From: Candidatus Hydrogenedentota bacterium
Lineage (GTDB): Bacteria; Hydrogenedentota; Hydrogenedentia; Hydrogenedentales; SLHB01
Reading direction: 5' to 3'
Length of the DNA: 64,000 nucleotides
Assembly: GCA_034408725.1 (NCBI GenBank)
Contig: JAWXCN010000098.1
Coordinates: 19,783 to 83,782 of the forward strand
Below the pieces are notes generated by a model that saw nothing but the letters and a program-made list of their open reading frames with translations, was not told the origin of the DNA and did no database searches. Positions within the stretch are counted from its first letter, which is position 1. The number at the start of each line of letters is the position of its first letter. Of the stretch, positions 46,777 through 57,561 are shown one piece after another. The translations under genes and the position numbers were made by a program.

Positions 46777-48790
46777 CGGATCACGCCTGCAACGCCTGTG
46801 GCGCGCGCGGTGGGCAAAAGTCCTCGCCGGCGTTGCGGTGGCGGTCCTTATCTACGTGTTCATGGGTGGGCAAAAACAGGAGACCTCCACCGGAACACTG
46901 TTTGCCGCAAAGCGCGGCAACCTGACGATCAACGTGCTCGAGGGCGGAAGTGTCGAGGCGCGCGAATCGCAAACCATCAAGTCTGAAATCAAGGGCGAAA
47001 CCAAAATTCTGAGTATCGTCGATGAGGGGTACCTGGTTACTCCGGAAGACGTGGCGCAAAAGAAAGTGCTGGTCACGCTGGACAATTCGGAGTTGATCGA
47101 GAAGATTACGCAAGAGACCATTCAGTTCGAGGGCGCCCGGGCGGACTTCGCGGAATCCTCGGCGCAATTCGAGATCACGATCAAACAAAACGAGAGCGAT
47201 ATCAAGAAGTCGGAGCTGGACGCGAAATTCGCGTTGATGGATTTTCAGAAATATCTTGGGGGCGAAATCGCCGAACAAATCCTGAAACAGCGTGGTATCA
47301 GCGATGACATCAACGCCGTGAGCGATCAAATCCGCAAGGAAGTCGAAGAGAGCGCGATCATCCCGGAGAACGAGACGACGGAGGAGCCGGCCGCGCCGGC
47401 CCCATTGGACGATCAAAACGGGCAGGACGCGCGACCCGCCGAGCGCGGCGAACAACGGGAAGGTACGGGAGGACGCCGCCGGCGTGAAGGCGGTGGAGAA
47501 CGGGGAGCCGCGCGGACGCAGACCTCGAAGTTGGAGAGTGCAGCCTCGACAGTCGATACGAGCGAAGACACAACCCTTGGCGGCGACATTTCCGAGGAGG
47601 CGGCGCAACCCGTTACGGAAATGGCGACGGTTTCGATTTCATCGGTAATCACGCCGGAACAAAAGCCGGAGATTGATTTCAGCAAGTTCGCCAAACCGGA
47701 AGCGCTGGGGGACGGCGCCGCACAACAGCAATTGCGCAAACTTAACAGCGATCGGCTGCTGGCGGAAGGCGATCTGGGCCTCGCCGAAACAAAGCTTGTT
47801 GGAACACGAAAACTTGCGGAGCGGAATTTCGTAACGAAACAGGAACTCGACAATGACGAGATGGACGTCAAGAAGGGCACGGTAAGCCGTGATTCGGCGC
47901 TAACGTCGGAAGAACTGTTCGTTAAATACGAGTTTCCCAAAGAAGCCGAACGCCTCTTGTCGGCGTATGAAGAAGCGATTCGCGCGATGGAACGGACCAT
48001 GAAACAGGCCGTCGCGAAGCAGGCGCAGGCCGAAGCGCGAAAAAGGTCGAGCGAAGCCAGTTATGCGTTGCGCACCGAACGGCACAAAGAACTGAAGGAC
48101 CAACTTGACGCCTGCACGCTCGTGGCGGAGCGGCCTGGCCTCGTAGTGTATGCCGGCAGCGATGAGCCTTGGCGCAATAGAGAACAGATAGCGGAAGGCG
48201 CGACTGTCGATGAGCGGCAGGAAATCATTACGATTCCGGACATGACACAGATGGCCGTCCGCGTGAAGATTCATGAATCCAATATCAAAAGGATTCAGGT
48301 AGGGCATAAAGCAAGGATCAAGCTGGATTCATACCCCGACGAAGAATTGACGGGCGAGGTCATCAAGATGTCCGTGATACCCGATTCCAGTTCGCGATGG
48401 ATGAATCCCGACATGAAATTATATCCGGCCACTGTCGCAATAAACGGAACACACGGTTGGCTCAAACCCGGCATGAGCGCGGAAGTCGAGATTCTCGTAC
48501 AGGAACTCGACGACGTCGTGTACGTGCCGATCCAGGCGGTACACCCGAAATCGGGCCATCGCGTGGCCTATGTGGGCGATGCTTTTGGTGGCCAGGAAGA
48601 ACGCACTGTCGAGACCGGTGAGTTTAACAGCGAATTTATCGAGATCAAATCGGGCCTCGAGGAAGGCGACCGCGTAATGTTGCGCGCGCCAGACCGGAAA
48701 CCCGGCGACGACGAGAAAACGGACGAGACCAAACCGGATGAGGGCGCGCAACAGCCGCCGGGCGACAGTAGTCCGCAGCAGGCAGCGTAG
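46754..48790 (+). CDS. Efflux periplasmic adaptor (MacA/HlyD-like), unusually long
   Basis: N-terminal TM, lipoyl half-motifs (IVDEGYLV; AERPGLVVY), LKPGMSAEVEI, VPIQAV, SGLEEGD. Confidence 0.88.
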   Translation: MSQPVLSNGSRLQRLWRARWAKVLAGVAVAVLIYVFMGGQKQETSTGTLFAAKRGNLTINVLEGGSVEARESQTIKSEIKGETKILSIVDEGYLVTPEDVAQKKVLVTLDNSELIEKITQETIQFEGARADFAESSAQFEITIKQNESDIKKSELDAKFALMDFQKYLGGEIAEQILKQRGISDDINAVSDQIRKEVEESAIIPENETTEEPAAPAPLDDQNGQDARPAERGEQREGTGGRRRREGGGERGAARTQTSKLESAASTVDTSEDTTLGGDISEEAAQPVTEMATVSISSVITPEQKPEIDFSKFAKPEALGDGAAQQQLRKLNSDRLLAEGDLGLAETKLVGTRKLAERNFVTKQELDNDEMDVKKGTVSRDSALTSEELFVKYEFPKEAERLLSAYEEAIRAMERTMKQAVAKQAQAEARKRSSEASYALRTERHKELKDQLDACTLVAERPGLVVYAGSDEPWRNREQIAEGATVDERQEIITIPDMTQMAVRVKIHESNIKRIQVGHKARIKLDSYPDEELTGEVIKMSVIPDSSSRWMNPDMKLYPATVAINGTHGWLKPGMSAEVEILVQELDDVVYVPIQAVHPKSGHRVAYVGDAFGGQEERTVETGEFNSEFIEIKSGLEEGDRVMLRAPDRKPGDDEKTDETKPDEGAQQPPGDSSPQQAA

Positions 48791-48801
48791 CGGAACATAT
48801 A

Positions 48802-49500
48802 GTGCCAGAACTGATCGCGCAACTCGTCGACGTCCGCAAGGAATACATGATGGGCCTGGTGCTGGTGGAAGCGCTACGAGGGCTTTCACTGGATTTTCAT
48901 CGCGGCGAATACATCACCATCATGGGGCAGTCTGGTTGCGGCAAATCCACGCTGCTAAACCTGCTGGGCTGTTTGGACCGCCCGACGACAGGCCAATACC
49001 TGCTTGGCGGCGAAGACGTCTCCACACTTGAAGACGACGAGCTTTCCCAGATTCGCGGAATGCGCATCGGATTCGTATTCCAATCTTACAATCTCATCCA
49101 ACAACTGAACGTGCTGGAGAACATTGAGGTGCCGTTGTATTACCAGGGCCGTCCGGAAGAGGAGAGCCGCGAGATCGCGGGGCGGCTTGCCGAACGCGTG
49201 GGCCTTGGTGATCGGATGCACCATCGTCCGTATGAACTCTCTGGTGGCCAACAACAGCGCGTGGCCGTGGCGCGCGCGCTGGCAAACGATCCTCTTATTA
49301 TTCTTGCGGACGAACCAACCGGCAACCTCGACTCCACGTCTGGTTCGGATATCCTCAACGTGTTTGACGAGCTGCACGGACAAGGCAAAACCTTAATCAT
49401 GGTTACGCACTCGGACGAAGTATCGGAGCGGGCGCAACGCGTGATTCGGTTGCGCGACGGCAAGGTGGAGCGCGATGAGCGCCGCTGCAAAACCGCTTAA
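48802..49500 (+). CDS. ABC transporter ATP-binding protein (MacB/LolD-like)
   Basis: [37 protein letters not shown]. Confidence 0.95.
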   Translation: MPELIAQLVDVRKEYMMGLVLVEALRGLSLDFHRGEYITIMGQSGCGKSTLLNLLGCLDRPTTGQYLLGGEDVSTLEDDELSQIRGMRIGFVFQSYNLIQQLNVLENIEVPLYYQGRPEEESREIAGRLAERVGLGDRMHHRPYELSGGQQQRVAVARALANDPLIILADEPTGNLDSTSGSDILNVFDELHGQGKTLIMVTHSDEVSERAQRVIRLRDGKVERDERRCKTA

Positions 49501-50851
49501 TACACGCGGACCGTTTCGCGTAGCGTCGGTCCAGCGATGGGTCCGCACCGTGCAACTCGGGATGAAAAGCCTGTGGCTGCGCAAGCTGCGGTCGCTGCTC
49601 ACCGTATTGGGCATTGTGTTCGGCGTGTGCTCGGTAATCGCGATGCTCGCAATCGGCGAAGGGTTGAGCTATGAAGCGCAGGAACAAATTCGCCGACTCG
49701 GCAGCAATAACATCATCCTGCGGAGCGTGAAACCGCCCGAGGAGCGTCGGACGTCTTCGGAACAGTCTTACGTGGTCGAGTATGGATTGTCGTATAAAGA
49801 TGTAGACCGGATACGGGCGACAATTCCAAGCGTCGAAATACTGGTCCCCAGCCGCAACATTCGCAAGGACGTGTGGAGCGCGACGCGCCGGATCGATTGC
49901 GACATTGTAGGCACCGTGCCCTGGTATCAGGAAATGCGCAACCACCGGGTCGAACGCGGGCGGTTTTTTACGGACGAGGAACTGGAACGCAGCGAAAATG
50001 TTTGTGTGTTGGGTAACGGCCTGCCCGAGGCCTTGTTTCCTATTGATGAAGCAATCGGCGGCAAGGTGCGCGTGGACGGCGATTACTACCGCGTCGTGGG
50101 CGTGATGGAACCGAAATCGCGCCAGGCGGTGTCATCCCAGGCGAACGCGAATGTCAACGGGCTAAACAATCCCGCGGGTCCCGCTCCGGGCACCGGTGCC
50201 GGCGTGGGCGCACCATACGAAATGTACATCCCGCTGACAGCGGCGAAGAACCGTTTTGGCGAAACGCTGGTCGAGCGCACGAGCGGGTCGTTTTCCGCGG
50301 AACGTGTCGAACTCCACGAAGCCACGGTTAAGGTCAAAAATATAGAAGACGTGGTCGAAACCTGGCATATCATTTCGGATTTGATGAAGTCGAACCACAA
50401 GAAAATCGATTATGAAATCATCGTTCCGCTGGACTTGCTGCGCCAGGCCGAACGTACGAAGCGCATTTTCACGATTGTGCTGGGCGCGATTGCCGCAATC
50501 TCGCTGCTAGTAGGCGGGATCGGGATCATGAACATCATGCTCGCCACCGTGACGGAGCGCACGCGAGAAATCGGGATTCGCCGCGCCTTGGGCGCGAAGC
50601 GAAAAGACATCATCATGCAGTTCCTGGTCGAATGCGTTTTGCTCTCCGCCACCGGCGGCATTATCGGTGTTGCTCTCGGGCTAGCGATTCCGCAGGTAAT
50701 TAGTTTCTTCGCCGAGCTCAAGACCATCGTTACATTCTGGTCACCATTCGTCGCATTCTCGATCTCCGCGCTCGTGGGTGTGGTATTCGGAATCTATCCG
50801 GCGATGCGCGCCGCGAACATGGACCCGGTCGAGGCGTTGCGGCACGAGTAG
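49475..50851 (+). CDS. ABC transporter permease (MacB/FtsX family)
   Basis: [46 protein letters not shown]. Confidence 0.95.
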   Translation: MSAAAKPLNTRGPFRVASVQRWVRTVQLGMKSLWLRKLRSLLTVLGIVFGVCSVIAMLAIGEGLSYEAQEQIRRLGSNNIILRSVKPPEERRTSSEQSYVVEYGLSYKDVDRIRATIPSVEILVPSRNIRKDVWSATRRIDCDIVGTVPWYQEMRNHRVERGRFFTDEELERSENVCVLGNGLPEALFPIDEAIGGKVRVDGDYYRVVGVMEPKSRQAVSSQANANVNGLNNPAGPAPGTGAGVGAPYEMYIPLTAAKNRFGETLVERTSGSFSAERVELHEATVKVKNIEDVVETWHIISDLMKSNHKKIDYEIIVPLDLLRQAERTKRIFTIVLGAIAAISLLVGGIGIMNIMLATVTERTREIGIRRALGAKRKDIIMQFLVECVLLSATGGIIGVALGLAIPQVISFFAELKTIVTFWSPFVAFSISALVGVVFGIYPAMRAANMDPVEALRHE

Positions 50852-50854
50852 GAA

Positions 50855-51268
50855 TTAGCGCGCCGCGGGTTCGATGACGATTCCTTCCATCGCGCGCAAC
50901 AATGCTTCCGGCCCGGGCGGTGAATAGACCGCAAGCAGGTTCATTGGGCCGATGCCGGTGTTCACGGTGGAATGAAAGACGTCCGGCGGAATGTGGACGA
51001 GCATTCCCGGAGTCACCTCGCGTTCGATTGGCACCCCGTTTATTTCCACCATCTGAAGTCCCCGGCCGCTGATGACGTAAAGTATCTCTTCAACGCCCGG
51101 ATGATTGTGGCGCACGTGCCCCTTGCCCGGCGCCAGTACGACGACGCCGGCGCTAAACCTTTGTGTGCCCGTGGTGCGCGGCTCCGACAGCCAGGATAGG
51201 CGGCCCCAATCAAACACTTGGGTCTCGACGTCATCGGGTTCCAGAAATGTCTTGTTGTGGGATGGCAT
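50855..51268 (-). CDS. Cupin domain protein
   Basis: HVRHNHPGVEEILY ... IPPDVFHSTVN metal-binding motifs. Confidence 0.88.
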   Translation of the reverse strand: MPSHNKTFLEPDDVETQVFDWGRLSWLSEPRTTGTQRFSAGVVVLAPGKGHVRHNHPGVEEILYVISGRGLQMVEINGVPIEREVTPGMLVHIPPDVFHSTVNTGIGPMNLLAVYSPPGPEALLRAMEGIVIEPAAR

Positions 51269-51279
51269 AATTTCGCCCC

Positions 51280-52506
51280 TCAAGATTTTTGTGCAATCAG
51301 TTCCAACACCAATGTTACCGCGCGTGACGCGAATTCAGCATCATTTATATTGGCGTCAACTTCGATCGCGGGGATTGCTGGATTGAGATGCAACTTAATC
51401 GCCGCGAACAGCGCCGCATCCGCGGCACGGTCGCAAAACTGTTGATCGTCGCCATCCAGAATGGATAGCCCGCGCAACGGCAGTAGAAACGCTACCGGCC
51501 CTTTGGCAGCATTCGCTTTTTCGGCAAATATTTTGCCGATGGCCGCGTTTTCTTCGGCATTCGTCCGCATGAGTGTCACCGATGGGTTCCATTCATAGAA
51601 CATTCGGCCCGCATCACGGTATTTCTGCGGCACGGTATTCGGCGCGCCAAAATTCACCATATCCACACAACCGGGAACAATCAGGTGCGGAATACCGTTT
51701 TCTCCGGGGGCATTCAGTCTTTCGGGTCCCGCGCTGAAAATTCCGCCGCACAGTTCGTCGGCCCACTCCGTCGTCGTAATGTCGAGCACCGCTTCAATAA
51801 GCCCGTCGCGCACCAGCGATTCCATCGTGCGGCCGCCCGTCCCGACGGCGTGAAACACGAGGACGTCGTACCCCCGTTCGCTCAATGCCGCGCTGCACGC
51901 TTTCACGCATTCCGTCGTGTTTCCGAACATGGACGCGGCGATGATCGGTTTGTCTTCTTTGGCCGGCGGTGGCCACACTTCAGTCATGCCGCAGATCGCG
52001 CCCGCTGCGCGCGAGATGATGATGTGGGACACTCGGTTGAGTCCCGCAACATCCACAACGGATGGGAACATGACAAGATCGGAAGTTCCGACATACGGCG
52101 AGACGTCACCGCCTGCCGCGGTAGATACACAAACCTTGGGCACGCCCAGGGGCAATGCGCGCATGGCGGCCGTAATGACAGACGTGCCACCGGTGCCGCC
52201 CATGCCGATCACGCCGTCAAACTTGCGCGCGGTAAAGAGCTCGCGCAAGACAATCGGCGCGCCAGCGGCCATGACTTTCATCGCATTGCCGCGATCGTTC
52301 GCGGAACGCAAAGTCTCGATATCGCTTCCGCCCGCCCGCGCGATTGTGTCGGCCTCGATGTCGACTTTGAATAAGGTGGTGCTGCCGAGCACGCCGATGT
52401 TCATCATCAGCACCGGAAACCCGCGGCCCAACACGCGCTGGCGAAGAAACGCGAACTCTTCGCCTTTGGTGTCGAACGTCCCCATGATGAGAATGGTCTT
52501 GCCCAT
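51280..52506 (-). CDS. Tm-1-like ATP-binding domain protein (UPF0261)
   Basis: GTFDTKGEE, GGTGGT, SVVDVAGLN, SMFGNTT, FHAVGTGG, DMVNFG. Confidence 0.92.
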   Translation of the reverse strand: MGKTILIMGTFDTKGEEFAFLRQRVLGRGFPVLMMNIGVLGSTTLFKVDIEADTIARAGGSDIETLRSANDRGNAMKVMAAGAPIVLRELFTARKFDGVIGMGGTGGTSVITAAMRALPLGVPKVCVSTAAGGDVSPYVGTSDLVMFPSVVDVAGLNRVSHIIISRAAGAICGMTEVWPPPAKEDKPIIAASMFGNTTECVKACSAALSERGYDVLVFHAVGTGGRTMESLVRDGLIEAVLDITTTEWADELCGGIFSAGPERLNAPGENGIPHLIVPGCVDMVNFGAPNTVPQKYRDAGRMFYEWNPSVTLMRTNAEENAAIGKIFAEKANAAKGPVAFLLPLRGLSILDGDDQQFCDRAADAALFAAIKLHLNPAIPAIEVDANINDAEFASRAVTLVLELIAQKS

Positions 52507-52509
52507 CGA

Positions 52510-53277
52510 TCAGGGTTTCTCGAATACGCCGTGCCGGCCGGCGCCAGACGCAAACCGTTGCGCGCCCGCCAGGGATTCGGAATCGAGCGCGCGCATGCCG
52601 TGGCGGAATTCGTTGGCAAATGCTTCGGGAAGCGATAGATCGAATTGCTGGTATGCGGACAGGCGGTCGCCGCGCATGCACACCTGCGGGAACTGCGCGA
52701 GTTCGGACGCGAGGGACTCGGCGGCGCGTCGCGCGTCGCCCGCGGGAACGACGCGATTGACTAAGCCCATTGCGAGCGCTTCCTGCGCCTTTATCCCGCG
52801 TCCGGTTAGAATGAGATCGAGCGCGTGGCTCAGGCCAATCAAGCGCGGAAGTCTCACCGTGCCGCCATCGATGAGCGGCACGCCCCAACGGCGGCAGTAC
52901 ACGCCAAGCATTGCGGTTTCACCGGCGACTCGCAGATCGCACCATAAGGCAAGTTCGAGTCCTCCCGCCACCGCATGACCTTCAATAGCCGCAATGACGG
53001 GCTTCTTCAATACGGTACGCGTCGGGCCCATCGGGCCGTCGCCGTCGGGTTCAAGACGGTTGATGGCGCCCTGCGCAATCGCTTTCAGGTCCGCGCCAGC
53101 GCAAAATTGCCCGTGGTCGCCATAGAGTACGCCAACCGAAGCGTGGTCGTCGCTGTCGAATTCCGCGAACGCATCGGAGAGCGCCTGCGCCGTTTCGCCG
53201 TCCACCGCATTGCGCCGGTCAGGACGCGACAGGACCACGGTCGTGACCGCGCCGTTCTTTTCCACCGTGACGGGCAT
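52510..53277 (-). CDS. Enoyl-CoA hydratase/crotonase family protein
   Basis: FCAGADL, KPVIAAIEGHAVAGGLELALWCD. Confidence 0.93.
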   Translation of the reverse strand: MPVTVEKNGAVTTVVLSRPDRRNAVDGETAQALSDAFAEFDSDDHASVGVLYGDHGQFCAGADLKAIAQGAINRLEPDGDGPMGPTRTVLKKPVIAAIEGHAVAGGLELALWCDLRVAGETAMLGVYCRRWGVPLIDGGTVRLPRLIGLSHALDLILTGRGIKAQEALAMGLVNRVVPAGDARRAAESLASELAQFPQVCMRGDRLSAYQQFDLSLPEAFANEFRHGMRALDSESLAGAQRFASGAGRHGVFEKP

Positions 53278-53388
53278 GGGTTGTTGTTCCTGTGTCGCCT
53301 TACCCACGCACTATAGCATGGAGCGGCGCGGCGTATGCAGCGCTGTTGGTGACTGGAGCTTACGAAGAAAGGATGAATCGACGGGCTG

Positions 53389-53634
53389 TTAGACGGCATG
53401 CCGGCGTCGTACGGCAGGCACTTCATTTGCAGACAGGGGCATGATCATGGAAACGGGCACGGTCGCTATTTGAATCGAGTCTCCGATAGCGTTGAAGATT
53501 TCGAGTATACAACCCTCTTCACCCCCCTGCGGGTGCGGGATATAATCGACCAAGGTGGCGACGTCGCCTTTTTTTAGACCGAGTTCATCGAGATCACGGC
53601 ATAGTGCAATCTGCGCAAACAACTCAGGTTTCAT
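53389..53634 (-). CDS. DUF4926-family protein
   Basis: LFAQIALCRDL...GLKKGDVATLVD...LEIFNAIG; AAGGAGG RBS. Confidence 0.8.
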   Translation of the reverse strand: MKPELFAQIALCRDLDELGLKKGDVATLVDYIPHPQGGEEGCILEIFNAIGDSIQIATVPVSMIMPLSANEVPAVRRRHAV

Positions 53635-53636
53635 TT

Positions 53637-53971
53637 TTAACCCTCCTTGCGCGGCTTTAGAGTAACAAAGTGTAGAGATGAGTCGGCTTTTAGCCGTATC
53701 CAGATAAGAGAGACATTTAGCACCCGGCTATTTGGCCCCGTTATTGTACCATCTTGCCTGAAGAGTACGACATAGGCGTTTTTTGCTCTTCGATCATTTC
53801 GGCGTGATGCGAGAGGCGCCGAATCTCCGATTCCAGTTCGTGAGGCCGTTCCCGCGCAAAACCAGCCTGGGCCAAATATCGCGATTTGTCGCCACGTACT
53901 TGCTGAACAAGTAAGTAATCCGTCAACTTGCGCGGATCAATGATCGGTTCATCCATATTGGCCTCGCGCAA
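53637..53971 (-). pseudogene. DUF6883-like gene, frameshifted at an A6 run
   Basis: IIDPRKLTDYLL...DKSRYLAQAGF; alternate frame after about 53780 gives GTITGPNSRVLNVSLIW...FVTLKP, ending 2 bp before DUF4926. Confidence 0.72.
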
Positions 53972-54031
53972 GATTTATCGCTACAAGGGTTCGACGCTCT
54001 GAAAGCACTAGAAACAAAGTTGTTTCCGTGA

Positions 54032-56035
54032 TTAGGAGTGCGTTTCGGGTCTGGATGCGAGCACGCGGTTCCGCAAATCTGCCAAATCATAGTATCGCAG
54101 CGCGCCGTGCACGACATTGATGAATTGTTTGCGTTGTTCCGGCGTGTTCACGACGCTTACCCAAGAATCGAGGCCCTCGCTCTCCTGGACGCTGCCAATG
54201 AGCCCCGGTTCCAGCGCGGCGGCGTGAAGCGCTGCAACATTCGTTAGGCCGCGGGTTTTCAGCGCCGGTTTTTTCCCGTTGGCGGCGGGATGGTTCTGCA
54301 AGTAGCGCGCACACACCAGAATGTCTTCAGCCCACATGGTTACGAAAGGCCGCGCAAGCTGGTATGCGAGCATGCTGGATTTGTAGCTGGGCCCGAAAAA
54401 TTCTTCCCATTGCGCGCCGTGTGACCACGTTGACGCGGTTTCTCCGTTCCCGCGCAAATCGACTGCGAGCACGAGCGCGCCGGATTTAGCGAGTTCCGCG
54501 CATTCGGAACCCACCGACGTCTTGCCTTCACCCGCAACGAACAGCACGGTCCCCTTCGTTTCACCATCCGGTACGTAGAACTGCGCTGGAAGTTTGATGC
54601 CCACCTCCGGCTCAATGACAACGCTCTCGACGCGGTAACCATCCTGCTGCGCTTTCGCGACGGAAAGAACCTCCGGCTGCGGCAAATCCGCCAGCGGGCG
54701 AATGCCCGTCAGTTCTCGCACCTTTGCCAGTACAGCCTCCGGCGTCTCATTCGACTGAAATGCTTCGCGAAGCTTCTGCTGCGCCACGGCTTCGTCGCGG
54801 TTGATGTCCCACACCGACCGTTCGCCTTCCAACTTCAACACCTGCCCTTCCGGCGTCACCAATGCTTCTTCATCGGTCAACACGGTGATTTCCGGCTCCA
54901 TGGTCGTGTCATCGACATTGAGCAACCACCGTTTCATCCACCGCACCATCGCCTGACGCAGCGGCGGCGTAAATCCGTGGTCCTCGTCGGCTTCCGCGAT
55001 TTCCAGGCGTTCGGGGTAGCCAAGCCGCGTGTAAAAACGCTTCACGTCGCGGTAGGTATCCCATGTGCCGTCGATTGGAAAGAAGTCGCGCGTTGCGCAG
55101 CATACCAGCGTGGGCTTTGGCGCGCGGGCCATCAGGTAATCGCCGTGGTCCATGCCAAATGCAAGTTGCCCCGCGATGCACTGTTCGCCATCGTGCGGAC
55201 CATCAATAAGAATGAGGTCCTTCAACGACGTGATGTAACAACTCGGCGCGGAAACGGCTACACGATCGTCCAGCGCGGAGATGTAGGCAGTCAACGTGCC
55301 GCCGCCTGAGTTGCCCGTGCAGCCGATGCGATTGGGATCGACGTCCGGCCTGCTGCACAGGTAATCGATGCCGCGAATGCCGTCCCAGATGCGATAGGAA
55401 GCGACATTGAGCCCCAGCGGTATGCTCGATACCGTGACAAGGGTATGTTCGATGGTCGAGCCGTAGGTCTGTTTTCCGTCGGCGTCGAGCAGTTGCGCGC
55501 GTTCGCCCTGGCCAATCGGGTCGTAGCACAACGCCGCGATCCCGTTCACCGCAAGGAACGCGCACGCCCGCTGATATGCTTCGCCGGCTTTGCCATTCGC
55601 GTCGTGCCCACAGGGAAACAAAACAGCGGGATACGGCGGGTCGGTCTCCGGCAGGTACATCAGCGCTGTCACATGAAAATTCGGCCGGCTTTCAAAAATT
55701 ACCTTCTCAATACGGTAATCACCGCGATCCATCGTATCCATAATCTTCGCGTTCAGGGGCGTCTTCTCCGGCCACCCGCCCAACTGCCGCAAAAAGAAAT
55801 CTCGAATCCGCTGCTTGTGCGCCGCGGCGTCTTCCTGCGTCTTAATTTTCTCGTAGGCCTCCGCGCGCCGGTCGAACGCCCGCACCATCTCTGCGCGCAG
55901 ATAGGTTTCCATCATCTGCGCCGGTTTGCCGGCTTCGGTGAGGACGGTTGGTTGCGCGTTTGCCAAACTAGCGCAAAAAATCAGCGCGAAAAAAATCGAT
56001 CCGGCCGATCGAACAGTTGAAAGAACACAGCTCAT
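54032..56035 (-). CDS. Secreted two-domain alpha/beta hydrolase (acetylxylan esterase-like)
   Basis: Signal peptide, PCGH, DPIGQGER, GNSGGG nucleophile; degenerate second domain (DLRGNGET). Confidence 0.85.
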   Translation of the reverse strand: MSCVLSTVRSAGSIFFALIFCASLANAQPTVLTEAGKPAQMMETYLRAEMVRAFDRRAEAYEKIKTQEDAAAHKQRIRDFFLRQLGGWPEKTPLNAKIMDTMDRGDYRIEKVIFESRPNFHVTALMYLPETDPPYPAVLFPCGHDANGKAGEAYQRACAFLAVNGIAALCYDPIGQGERAQLLDADGKQTYGSTIEHTLVTVSSIPLGLNVASYRIWDGIRGIDYLCSRPDVDPNRIGCTGNSGGGTLTAYISALDDRVAVSAPSCYITSLKDLILIDGPHDGEQCIAGQLAFGMDHGDYLMARAPKPTLVCCATRDFFPIDGTWDTYRDVKRFYTRLGYPERLEIAEADEDHGFTPPLRQAMVRWMKRWLLNVDDTTMEPEITVLTDEEALVTPEGQVLKLEGERSVWDINRDEAVAQQKLREAFQSNETPEAVLAKVRELTGIRPLADLPQPEVLSVAKAQQDGYRVESVVIEPEVGIKLPAQFYVPDGETKGTVLFVAGEGKTSVGSECAELAKSGALVLAVDLRGNGETASTWSHGAQWEEFFGPSYKSSMLAYQLARPFVTMWAEDILVCARYLQNHPAANGKKPALKTRGLTNVAALHAAALEPGLIGSVQESEGLDSWVSVVNTPEQRKQFINVVHGALRYYDLADLRNRVLASRPETHS

Positions 56036-56086
56036 TGAATTCTCCCCGATCAAGTTGCCAGGAAAACAGAATTCAAACTAATCGGC

Positions 56087-56341
56087 TCAGGGAACGCTTA
56101 TTGGAATGAGTAGAACGAATGGTGTTTCGTCATTTTCAATAAGTTTTTGTAAGGCGGGAGGAAGCGGCGCCCCTTCTTCGAGGTAACACTCCGCAAGCTT
56201 GCGTGATAGGTCCTGAGCAATATCTACTGCTTCTGTGACCGATCTCGCCTCGACAACCAGCCCGGGAACATCGGGGCTGGTTGCAAGATAGCCGCCTTCT
56301 TCGAGTGGCTCGATGTGCAAACGGATTGTCGCTTCATTCAT
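56087..56341 (-). CDS. HicB/DUF1902-like antitoxin, orphan
   Basis: IEPLEEGGYLATSPDVPGLVVEARSVTEA. Confidence 0.8.
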   Translation of the reverse strand: MNEATIRLHIEPLEEGGYLATSPDVPGLVVEARSVTEAVDIAQDLSRKLAECYLEEGAPLPPALQKLIENDETPFVLLIPISVP

Positions 56342-56360
56342 AGGGCCATTATTCCAGAAT

Positions 56361-57356
56361 CTACGCACTTCCCTCAAACAAATTCCGCCCCAACACCAAC
56401 GCCCGTATTTTCCTGTCGGCGACACTGCGCTTGAGCATCCAGAAGCCGCAGTCGGGGTTGATGTACGTGACGCGGTCAGGGCCGAGGGCTTTGACCGCTT
56501 GGTCGATGCGTTTTGCGATTAGGTCGGGAGATTCGACTACGTTGGATTTAATGTCCACGACGCCTAGACCGATTTTTACCTTCGGGTCGATCTGCGCGAG
56601 ATGTTCGAGTTCCCAACTCCCGCGGTGCGCGACTTCGATCAGCACGTGGTCTGCGTGCAGCCCGCTCAGAAAATTGATGAGATGTTTCCAGTCGCCTTTC
56701 TGAATCGTCTGACCGCCATAATTGCCGAAGCATAGATGCACGGCGGGTGTGGCCGCTACGGCATCGAGCACCTTATTGATCGCGGGCAAGGCCCACGCAA
56801 CATCTTCCGGATGGCCGGGGATGTTCGCCTCGTCGATTTGCACAATTTCGGCGTCAAGTTCCGCGACCTGCGCCGCGAGCACATCGGCGATGGCGTTGCA
56901 CAGCGTGGCGCGGTCGTTGTAGTGCAAGTCGAGCAGGGTCTTGCTCAGCATGTGCGGACCGGTGACGGTGAATTTCATTTCCGATTTCGTCAGCGCGCGC
57001 GCGCGGTCGCAGTCGACGTGAAGGTTGAGGCGTCCCTCACCAATCGGTCCATCCACGACGCCCGCCGGTTTCGCGCGAAACGCCATCTGCTGGTCCTGCT
57101 GGAACTGTGCAATATCCGTGCGCGTAATCTGTGTCCGCACATTTTCCAACGGTCGCACGAAGTAGTCGATCATGCCATTGGTGTCGGGATGATTGATATC
57201 GAAGCGATAGAGCTCGCCGTCCGCGACGACGTCGATGCCCGCGTCTTCCTGTATTTTGAACACGACGCGGGTGGCGTCAATTACCGCCTGCTCGCTCGGC
57301 AACGCTGAAAGCCAATCGGGCACGGGGTAACTTCCGACAACGGTGGTTTCAATCAT
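56361..57356 (-). CDS. Cobalamin-independent methionine synthase II-like protein (catalytic domain only)
   Basis: TTVVGSYP, DGE, TGPH, QIDE, HLCFGN (HxC), E, NPDCG zinc ligands. Confidence 0.88.
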   Translation of the reverse strand: MIETTVVGSYPVPDWLSALPSEQAVIDATRVVFKIQEDAGIDVVADGELYRFDINHPDTNGMIDYFVRPLENVRTQITRTDIAQFQQDQQMAFRAKPAGVVDGPIGEGRLNLHVDCDRARALTKSEMKFTVTGPHMLSKTLLDLHYNDRATLCNAIADVLAAQVAELDAEIVQIDEANIPGHPEDVAWALPAINKVLDAVAATPAVHLCFGNYGGQTIQKGDWKHLINFLSGLHADHVLIEVAHRGSWELEHLAQIDPKVKIGLGVVDIKSNVVESPDLIAKRIDQAVKALGPDRVTYINPDCGFWMLKRSVADRKIRALVLGRNLFEGSA

Positions 57357-57450
57357 TTCCAGCCCATCCCAAATGAAAGTTGCCCAGACCCGTCATCGTA
57401 TCACGTCCTTCGCAGCTTCGCCGCTTCGGAAAACATACATCAGGCAAAAT

Positions 57451-57531
57451 GGGAGGGCGAGCGTCCCCGCGAGCTTTGCGCGCATACGACGGTGATAAGC
57501 CATCCGAGCGCGCGAGGACGCGCGCCCCCCC
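57451..57531. repeat. REP-like imperfect inverted repeat
   Basis: GGGAGGGCGAGCGTCCCCGCGAGC ... GCGCGCGAGGACGCGCGCCCCCCC. Confidence 0.65.
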
Positions 57532-57561
57532 GTCGTCGTTGTAGGGACACGTGAAGTTTCG

